DNA from: Gemmatimonadota bacterium | GTDB taxonomy: Bacteria; Gemmatimonadota; Gemmatimonadetes; Gemmatimonadales; Gemmatimonadaceae | Assembly: GCA_040389905.1 (NCBI GenBank) | Contig: JAZJZK010000020.1 | Coordinates: 32,001 to 96,000, forward strand | DNA: 64,000 nucleotides | Direction: 5' to 3' | Shown: piece by piece, positions 57,270-64,000 of the stretch | Position numbering within the stretch: position 1 is the first letter of the stretch | Layout: every line of letters starts with the position of its first letter | The notes under the pieces: model-generated | Seen by the model: the letters and a program-made list of their open reading frames with translations, nothing else | Database searches by the model: none | Told to the model about the DNA's origin: nothing | Position numbers and translations under genes: made by a program

Positions 57270-58455
57270 CGCGGGCCGCGAGGTGCGTAAGGTAGCCATC
57301 AAGGTTGCGCTGTACCTCCAGCAGGGAGTCGCCGCCGAACTTCTCCAACACGGCACTACCTAGCACAAGCGCTGCCATCGCCTCCGCAATCACCCCCATA
57401 GCCGGTACAGCGGTCACATCACTGCGCTCGGCGACGGCCTTTGCGGCCTCTCCCGTTTTGACGTCAACCGTGCCCAGCGGGCGCATCAGCGTACTGATCG
57501 GTTTCATTGCGACGCGCACCACAAGGGGTTCTCCCGTGGTCATGCCGCCTTCCAGGCCACCCGCGCGATTTGTCGCGCGGCGCACGTTTCCCGCGCGCGT
57601 CCGCCCCGGCGCCGGTTCGATCTCGTCGTGCACGTCGGCGCCAGTGACGCGTGCCGCCTGAAAACCCATCCCGATCTCGACGCCCTTCACGGCGGGAATC
57701 GACATCATCGCGGCGCCGAGGCGTCCATCCAGCTTGCGGTCCCATGAGACATGTGAGCCCAACCCCACCGGCAAACCCGTGACGACGACCTCGCAGACAC
57801 CGCCGAGCGTGTTGCCCTCCTTCTTTGCCGCATCGATACGCGTGATCATCTCACGCTCGGCATCGGGGTCGAGGGTTCTCAGCTGCGATTCGTCGGAGAC
57901 GGCGTTGATGTCGGTGGGCAATTCGTCCGGCCTTCGCGCATCGACGCCGCCGAGGTGAACGAGATGGCTGCCGATCGACACGCCGAGTTGTGCCAGGAAC
58001 TGGCGGGCGATTGCCGCCGCGGCCACTCTCGCCGTCGTCTCGCGTGCCGAGGCGCGTTCGAGAATGTCGCGGGCGTCGTCACGGTCGTACTTGAGAATGC
58101 CTGTGAGATCGGCGTGACCAGGCCGAACGCGCGTCACGGCGCGCTTTCGCGGCGCTCCGTCTGCATCACCCTCGCGCGGCGCGGGATCCATGATCTCCTG
58201 CCAGTTCGCCCAATCCCGGTTCCGAACCAGCATGGCGATGGGGCTTCCGATCGTCTCACCAGCGCGAACACCAGAAAGAAACTCCACCGTATCCCGCTCG
58301 ATTTGCATTCGGCGCCCGCGACCGTACCCCTGCTGGCGGCGGGCAAGTTCAGTGTCGACGTGCGACGCGAGGAGTGGCAGACCGGCCGGCATGCCCTCGA
58401 GAATGCTGACGAGTGCCTGACCGTGTGATTCGCCGGCGGTGGTGAAACGGAGCAT
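57259..58455 (-). CDS. aroC: Chorismate synthase
   Basis: TAGESHG, RRQ.GYGRG, RPGHAD, ERASARET, GG.EGG.TTG, MKPISTL, RSD. Confidence 0.97.
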   Translation of the reverse strand: MLRFTTAGESHGQALVSILEGMPAGLPLLASHVDTELARRQQGYGRGRRMQIERDTVEFLSGVRAGETIGSPIAMLVRNRDWANWQEIMDPAPREGDADGAPRKRAVTRVRPGHADLTGILKYDRDDARDILERASARETTARVAAAAIARQFLAQLGVSIGSHLVHLGGVDARRPDELPTDINAVSDESQLRTLDPDAEREMITRIDAAKKEGNTLGGVCEVVVTGLPVGLGSHVSWDRKLDGRLGAAMMSIPAVKGVEIGMGFQAARVTGADVHDEIEPAPGRTRAGNVRRATNRAGGLEGGMTTGEPLVVRVAMKPISTLMRPLGTVDVKTGEAAKAVAERSDVTAVPAMGVIAEAMAALVLGSAVLEKFGGDSLLEVQRNLDGYLTHLAARVGG

Positions 58456-58634
58456 GGATTGTTCGGATTTGAATGCGGAAAGCATCTGACAGTGAAGCCG
58501 ATTGGACGGATTGAACGGATTCGGCTGATTATTTGTCACCCCGAGCGAGCAACGCGAGTCGAGGGGTCTGCACCTCACGCTGTTCAAGAAAAAGCGTTTG
58601 TGGCGGTCGCGCAATCCGCGTTCATTCCGTTCAC
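58456..58634. repeat. CGGATT-unit inverted repeat enclosing a divergent REP-like copy (58532-58575)
   Basis: cggattgaacggatt ... aatccgcgttcattccgttca; inner tttgtcaccccgagcg...gaggggtctgcacct. Confidence 0.7.
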
Positions 58635-58711
58635 GTTGTTGAGCCACGATACACGCGAGCCCGGCCAATTGCTTGACCGGGCTCGCGAACAATTGTCGAG
58701 AACTCAGGTCG

Positions 58712-61621
58712 TCACGGGCCCTTCAGAACATCCGAGGCCGTCACGTCGATGACCACGAGACCCTTCGGCGAAAGCCCAAAGAGCTTGAACACCACGTTCG
58801 CGGGATCGCCGGGGAATGGCAGCGTCGCTCGAACGGGTCCGTACAGGTTGAACTTCGTCGCAAGCGATCCGCGGGTGAAGTCGTAGTAGCCGATATCGAC
58901 TGCTTCGATCGATCCGTTCGCCGAGGCAACGAACGCGAGTCGCGAGGCCTCCGGAGTGGCTACTCCGTTCGCGTTGGGATGGAAGGCAATCCCCGCGCCC
59001 TGTGCGAACGTGGACTTCTTGCCCTGCAATCGTTGCGTAAACGGCTTGTCGACGCGAGAAAACGCCGTTTCAGTACCGTGGACACCCAGCGTTATTCCTG
59101 TCTTGTCGAGCGCCACACCGAATATCTGATCCGATTGGTTGGTCATCAGATCGACAATGTTCAACGAGGGGGACGCGTAGGTGTATCTCCCGGCGACGGT
59201 GCCATCGTCCTGCAGCAGGAAGTTACGCGCGACGGGAGCCTTGTTGCCCTCTCCGAAGGTGATCCAATTTCCGTCTCCGCTGGCGGCGGAATACGTCGTG
59301 TCGGTCACGCCCAGCGAGTTGAAGTCGATGTTGTTTGCGATTTCGATGTCCGTCTCCGGCAACTGCAACTTGAACAACGCGACGATGGTCTGGATGCTCG
59401 CCGTGTCGCGCACGACACCGGCGGTATCAGGGGAGATGCCGTACAGCGCCTCGAGCTCGCGGCTCGTGAAGCAGACCTGGTCTTGCTTCGTCCCTGTCGG
59501 GTGATCGCACAACACCAGGAGATCGCTCTCCGTGCTGCCCGGCGGCGCCGGGAAGACGCGCGCATCGTCGAGATTGGCGAGTACCCATGAATTGGGATCG
59601 CTTCCAAGGAACGCGAAATCGAGGATGAAGCGTTCATCGGGCGCCGAGTCCGTGGGCTGCATGTAGCGGATCGTGCCCTGCGGGGCTTGTCCTGTCGGCC
59701 GCGTGGAGAAGTACAACCGGCCGGCCGCGCTCTGCTCCACATGTTGCGGACGATCCGAAAAGAGAAGATGCGGGCTGATCGTGCGACGAATCTTTCCTGT
59801 CGCCGCGTCGATGTTCTCGCTGAACTTGAAGAGATACGACGCGCGCGTCACGATGCGATGATCGAGATCTTCCTTCATCGACGCCGTCGGACCGCCGATG
59901 AACACCCGGCTGATGTTCGTACCGCCGGAGTTCGCCACGAACATCGTGTCCTTGTTCGGCGCAGTGCGCGAGAAGGCGATGCCCCAGGGCTGCGATCCGA
60001 CGATGATGCCGGTGGCATCGAAGTTCTTCGTGGGAGTGGTCCAGACCTCCAGGCGCCCGTAGTTGAGATTCGAGAGGAAGATGTTTCCGCGCGCTGCGTC
60101 GATCTGCATGTCCGCAATGATGCCGTCACGGTTGGGCGGCAGCGGAAACGTTCTGCCGTACACGACGAGTGCCGTGTCCGTAAACGCGTTTCCGAAAATG
60201 GTCTGCGGAATCGTCGTTCCTTCGGCGACGGAGAAGCCGATCCGCAGGTCCTTGTCATACGCGAAACTGCGCAACGTGATCTTCTTGCCCCGGGCGCTGA
60301 TGTCGAGATTGAGCGGGATCGTCACCACGGCCGTGGACGGCTGCGGCGTACCGAGCGCGACGCTGTCGCGCTTGATCTCATTATTGAGCGAATCGCGAAG
60401 GACGTACCCGACGAACCGGAGACCGTTGCCGAGCGCGGTGATGGTGATGGAATCAACGGTTTCGACACGCTTTTCGATCTTCTGAAAAACGCGAGGCGGG
60501 GGCAGCGTTCCCGCACGAATTGCCACGGTGGTTGGCGCCGATGCTCCGTCCTGCCCGCCACTGTTCGTCGAGATGGGCGTGACCGTCAGAACACCGCGAG
60601 GCGGTGCGTTGATCGGAATCGGGAGCGTGACCGAGAAGGTGACGTCCTTCGGCAGTTCCGAATACGTCTGAATGACGGTCGTGTCGATGGCCGTGGGGAA
60701 GCCCGGCTCGCTTTGAAGACGGAAGCCCAGCCGTGTGACGCCGGACAGGTCTTGCGCGCGCAAGGCGATCGTAAGGCCAGTGCCCGCCGTTGCACTGTCG
60801 CCCCGAACCGGCGCCAGCAACTGGACGCTCGGCCCACGGACCATCTTGATCGTCACGAGCGCCGTATCAACGCCGCCGAGGAAATCGCGCGCAATCGCCC
60901 TGACGACGAGCGAGTCCGTGAGTGTATCGATCGGTGCGAGCGGCTTGAGGTAACGGAAAATCGTCGTGTCGGTCACGCCCGCCGCAAAGGTGGCCGTAGC
61001 CGTCGGCGCACCGACCACCGGATAGCGAATGGTCGTGTCCTGCGTACCAAGGATAGCGCTGCCGCGGAGCGTATAGCCAAGGATCAGCAGGTTCCGAATC
61101 CCGGCGGGGTCCGTGAGCCTGACGGTGACCAGCAGTGAATCGCCGAGGTTGAGCTTGGCGGAGGGCAGCGGCGTCAGGATCTGGACGGACGGCGTCGCGA
61201 TGTTGACGGTGACAGAATCCGTAATTGTATTCGACGCTGCGTCGGTCACCGTTGTGCGAATGACGATGACGTCACCCTTCTTGATGCTCTTGAGCGGCAC
61301 GTCGATGGTGCGCGTCGTCGTCAGCACGGGCGTCTTGAAGCTCGCGGTATCCGTGCCGATGACCGAGGCACCGATACGCATCGTGGTCAACAGGCTGGCA
61401 ATGCCCTTGTTGTCCTTCGCCGTGAGCGTGACGGCGATCGGCGACCCGAGCGTCACGGAGTTGTTGATGGCGGCCGGAACGGCCAGCGTGACCTGCGGCT
61501 TTTCCACGTCATCCACCGAACTCGTGGATGCCTGGGTAGGCAATCGTGTGTCGCAACTACTTGCGATCACGACGCCTGCAATGAGCGCGGCGTACCGCGC
61601 GAGAGCCCGGGATTGCGTCAT
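58712..61621 (-). CDS. Large lipoprotein with tandem Ig-like domains and probable C-terminal beta-propeller
   Basis: ASSC lipobox-like; recurring P.V....P....G..I.V...D..G units; VGSQPWGIAFS, MFVANSGG.NIS, GIAFHP, AFVAS. Confidence 0.75.
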   Translation of the reverse strand: MTQSRALARYAALIAGVVIASSCDTRLPTQASTSSVDDVEKPQVTLAVPAAINNSVTLGSPIAVTLTAKDNKGIASLLTTMRIGASVIGTDTASFKTPVLTTTRTIDVPLKSIKKGDVIVIRTTVTDAASNTITDSVTVNIATPSVQILTPLPSAKLNLGDSLLVTVRLTDPAGIRNLLILGYTLRGSAILGTQDTTIRYPVVGAPTATATFAAGVTDTTIFRYLKPLAPIDTLTDSLVVRAIARDFLGGVDTALVTIKMVRGPSVQLLAPVRGDSATAGTGLTIALRAQDLSGVTRLGFRLQSEPGFPTAIDTTVIQTYSELPKDVTFSVTLPIPINAPPRGVLTVTPISTNSGGQDGASAPTTVAIRAGTLPPPRVFQKIEKRVETVDSITITALGNGLRFVGYVLRDSLNNEIKRDSVALGTPQPSTAVVTIPLNLDISARGKKITLRSFAYDKDLRIGFSVAEGTTIPQTIFGNAFTDTALVVYGRTFPLPPNRDGIIADMQIDAARGNIFLSNLNYGRLEVWTTPTKNFDATGIIVGSQPWGIAFSRTAPNKDTMFVANSGGTNISRVFIGGPTASMKEDLDHRIVTRASYLFKFSENIDAATGKIRRTISPHLLFSDRPQHVEQSAAGRLYFSTRPTGQAPQGTIRYMQPTDSAPDERFILDFAFLGSDPNSWVLANLDDARVFPAPPGSTESDLLVLCDHPTGTKQDQVCFTSRELEALYGISPDTAGVVRDTASIQTIVALFKLQLPETDIEIANNIDFNSLGVTDTTYSAASGDGNWITFGEGNKAPVARNFLLQDDGTVAGRYTYASPSLNIVDLMTNQSDQIFGVALDKTGITLGVHGTETAFSRVDKPFTQRLQGKKSTFAQGAGIAFHPNANGVATPEASRLAFVASANGSIEAVDIGYYDFTRGSLATKFNLYGPVRATLPFPGDPANVVFKLFGLSPKGLVVIDVTASDVLKGP

Positions 61622-61639
61622 ATATCTCCAGCGGTGCGG

Positions 61640-63715
61640 CTAGGGCCGCACCGGCGCGGAAGGCTGCTGCCCTTCATCGACGATGTGGGGCGTAATCATG
61701 ATGAGCAGGTCGCGGCGTTGCTCCTGTCTCGTCGTATAGCCGAACAGGCGGCCGATGAGCGGCAGGTCGACCAGTAGCGGAATGCCCGACTTCGTGACAC
61801 GCACGCTGGTCTGCGTCAGCCCGCCGATGACGACGGTCTGGCCGTCCGGCACGAGCAGTGATGTGGTCGCGCTGTTGTTGCCGATCAACGTGCCGTTGTT
61901 GGTGAAGCTCACGTCGGAATTGATCACCTGCACCTGCATCGTGATCTGCCGGTTGTTCGTGACACTCGGCGTGACGCGCAGCGTGACACCAGTCTGAATG
62001 CGCTCGACCGTCACGGGGCCAGTCAGGGATGTCCCTGCGCCGCCGCTGCTGACGAGCGGCACGAAGGGCACCTGGTCGCCAGAGACGAGCTCCGCCTGCA
62101 CGTTGTTCAGCGTCGTGACACTCGGCTCCGATTGCACGTCGAGCAGGTTGACTTCCTGCAAGGCGTCGAGGAAGGTGCTGAAGTCGAAGTTGCCGATGGC
62201 CGTCGAGTAGATGAGCCGAAGGGCAGCACCCGGCACGTTGCCGGACGCGTTTGCGATGGCCGAAACGGTATTACCGCCGAGGAGCACGAGCGGTGGATCG
62301 TTCGCGCTGCCGGGGTTGCCGGCAGAGTCCACACGCTGAATGACCTGACTGAAGAACTGGTTGCGAGCGCCGAGGTCGTACTTGATCCCAAGTGCGTCGA
62401 GATCGGTGCGATTGACCAACACGATCTTGGCCTTGATGTTCACCGCCGCCTGACGAAGGTCGAGCGACGTCGCGATGGCCACGAGATCGTCCACCGCGCT
62501 GATGGGCGCCGTGATCGTGATGCTGTTCGTCGCGTCGTCGAAGCTCACCGATCCGCGACCGCGGCAAACGCCTTGCGCCTGCCCGTCTCCTGTCGACGGA
62601 CGCACCGGCGTTGCGGCCTGCGGTGTGGTCGTGGGCTGCACATTCGGCGTTGTTGGCGTTGCGGCGGGCGGCTGGCCGGCTGGCGGGTTGGCTGCCGACG
62701 CCGCATTGCTCGGATTGGCACTGGCTGCCGGAATGCACTGGAGCAGACGCTGGCGAATCTGGTCCGCCACGCTTTGCGCCTTCTGGTAGTTGAGGCGCAC
62801 GTTCTTCGTCACGAGCTGTTCGGTTTCCGCCCGCGCCGCGATGCGCTCCTGTGTATCGACAATGATGATGCCATTCGCATCCTGCTGCGCGGCGAGCCCC
62901 TGCGCAGCGAGAATCGCCTGCAGCGCAACGTCCCACGGCTGATCCTTGATCTCCGCTTCGACCTTGATCGCGGTGACGTTGTTGCTCGGCAGGATGGTGC
63001 GGCCAGAGAACGCCGCAAACGACGCGATCACGTCGTGGATGTCCGTGCCGGGAAAGATGACGCTGATGCGCGGCTGCTGGGACGGTTGTTGCGACTGTTG
63101 CGCTATCTGGCTCGCCGACTGTGGGTCACCCTGGAACGCCGTACGCACCGGTGCGTCGCTGACCTCACCAGCCGGCGGCGCGGCGGGGCGATTGGCGGCA
63201 CTTCCGGGCCCCGACTTGAGCTCTTTCGCCACACGCGTGTCCGGCTGTGCCTCCTTTTGCTGAGGCGCGGGCGCTGGCGCAGCGCCACCGCCGATGTGCC
63301 ATGCGGCAAACTGGGAGCCGACCGGCACCGTCACCGCCACGCGAACTTCACCATCCGCCTTCGAGACTTGATAGGAGCGCGGCGCATCGAGATACAGCAC
63401 GACGCGAACGGTTCCCTTCTTGAAGTTGGAATACCGCACATCGACGATGCCGCCGCGGGCCACGTGATCGTAGCCGCGTTGACCAAGCTTGAGCGACGCG
63501 CCTGCGAGATCGAGCACGATTCGATCAGGACCGCGGAGCGTGAAATCGGCGACCTCAAAACCGCCGGCGACCCCGATCACGACCTCTGCCTTGCCCGACG
63601 TGGGAATGATGCTGAGGGAGTTGACGGACCCTTCCGCCATACGAGCCGCGGCCGGCCGAGCATTGGGTGCCAGGAGAACAGCCGAAGCGACGATGACCGC
63701 CATGACTGGCTTCAT
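61640..63715 (-). CDS. pilQ: Type IV pilus secretin PilQ (AMIN and secretin domains)
   Basis: F.L.GPDRIVLDL AMIN; PWD.AL..IL; V.IKAKIV; PSVTTLNN; L.VTP; GQTVVIGGL; IPLL.DLPLIGRLF; ITPHI. Confidence 0.92.
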   Translation of the reverse strand: MKPVMAVIVASAVLLAPNARPAAARMAEGSVNSLSIIPTSGKAEVVIGVAGGFEVADFTLRGPDRIVLDLAGASLKLGQRGYDHVARGGIVDVRYSNFKKGTVRVVLYLDAPRSYQVSKADGEVRVAVTVPVGSQFAAWHIGGGAAPAPAPQQKEAQPDTRVAKELKSGPGSAANRPAAPPAGEVSDAPVRTAFQGDPQSASQIAQQSQQPSQQPRISVIFPGTDIHDVIASFAAFSGRTILPSNNVTAIKVEAEIKDQPWDVALQAILAAQGLAAQQDANGIIIVDTQERIAARAETEQLVTKNVRLNYQKAQSVADQIRQRLLQCIPAASANPSNAASAANPPAGQPPAATPTTPNVQPTTTPQAATPVRPSTGDGQAQGVCRGRGSVSFDDATNSITITAPISAVDDLVAIATSLDLRQAAVNIKAKIVLVNRTDLDALGIKYDLGARNQFFSQVIQRVDSAGNPGSANDPPLVLLGGNTVSAIANASGNVPGAALRLIYSTAIGNFDFSTFLDALQEVNLLDVQSEPSVTTLNNVQAELVSGDQVPFVPLVSSGGAGTSLTGPVTVERIQTGVTLRVTPSVTNNRQITMQVQVINSDVSFTNNGTLIGNNSATTSLLVPDGQTVVIGGLTQTSVRVTKSGIPLLVDLPLIGRLFGYTTRQEQRRDLLIMITPHIVDEGQQPSAPVRP

Positions 63716-64000
63716 CTGATCCTCTTTGTTGAATCTGCCATGAACAACGAGTCGAGCCGGTTGAATCCGAACTCGTCAATCGAAAAAATCACGGCGCGCG
63801 GCTTGATCTGGGCCACACGCATTCTGCCAAGGGTACTTCCGACGGTGACGCGATACACCGTGTTGGTCTGGTTGTCGCGCATCGTGCCAACGCTGCGTCT
63901 CCCACTCGGGTCGTAGACGATGCCGACGAGCTTGAGATCCGACAGCAACGGGCGAAGCTCTTCCGTGAGGATGAGCGAGAAGAACGGATCGCGTCGCCCG
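63712..64000 (-). CDS. pilP: Type IV pilus assembly protein PilP (5' part outside window)
   Basis: RRDPF motif, DLKLVGIV, YRVTVG..LG; ATGA overlap with pilQ. Confidence 0.75.
   Translation of the reverse strand, partial: GRRDPFFSLILTEELRPLLSDLKLVGIVYDPSGRRSVGTMRDNQTNTVYRVTVGSTLGRMRVAQIKPRAVIFSIDEFGFNRLDSLFMADSTKRIR

Noticed and set aside
1..64000. CRISPR array, rRNA, tRNA, transposase, integrase, reverse transcriptase or phage genes
   Set aside because: No regularly spaced repeat-spacer array or recognisable motifs. The only recombinase is XerC in housekeeping context.

Overview
High-GC bacterial DNA, most consistent with Gemmatimonadota (Gemmatimonadaceae-like). This is inferred from gene content and order, not from a search. 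The minus-strand housekeeping backbone is pilP(partial)-pilQ-large lipoprotein-aroC-aroK-smg-like-topA-[~15 kb signalling insert]-trmFO-xerC-[kinase, membrane protein]-hslV-hslU-argF-bcp. The insert holds a Wsp-type chemosensory operon whose WspR-like output has a histidine kinase instead of GGDEF. Its wspC is frameshifted by a 5-bp loss inside a REP-like repeat in the CheR-TPR linker. The operon converges on two tandem solute-binding-lipoprotein/histidine-kinase pairs. The left end carries an unusual three-gene cassette: a protein with a C-terminal HFS (ZU5/GAIN-like) motif, a 1453-aa TPR-HD-GYP-GGDEF-STAND ATPase-TPR protein, and a sigma-54 activator with no input domain. Also present are two tandem paralog families of exported proteins of unknown function, a DUF1080/Gfo-Idh-MocA pair, a GH10 xylanase, a decayed type II toxin-antitoxin locus, and many intergenic short-unit palindromic repeats from several families. 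I found no rRNA, tRNA, CRISPR array, transposase or phage genes. All calls are from motif recognition by eye; no database searches were run.
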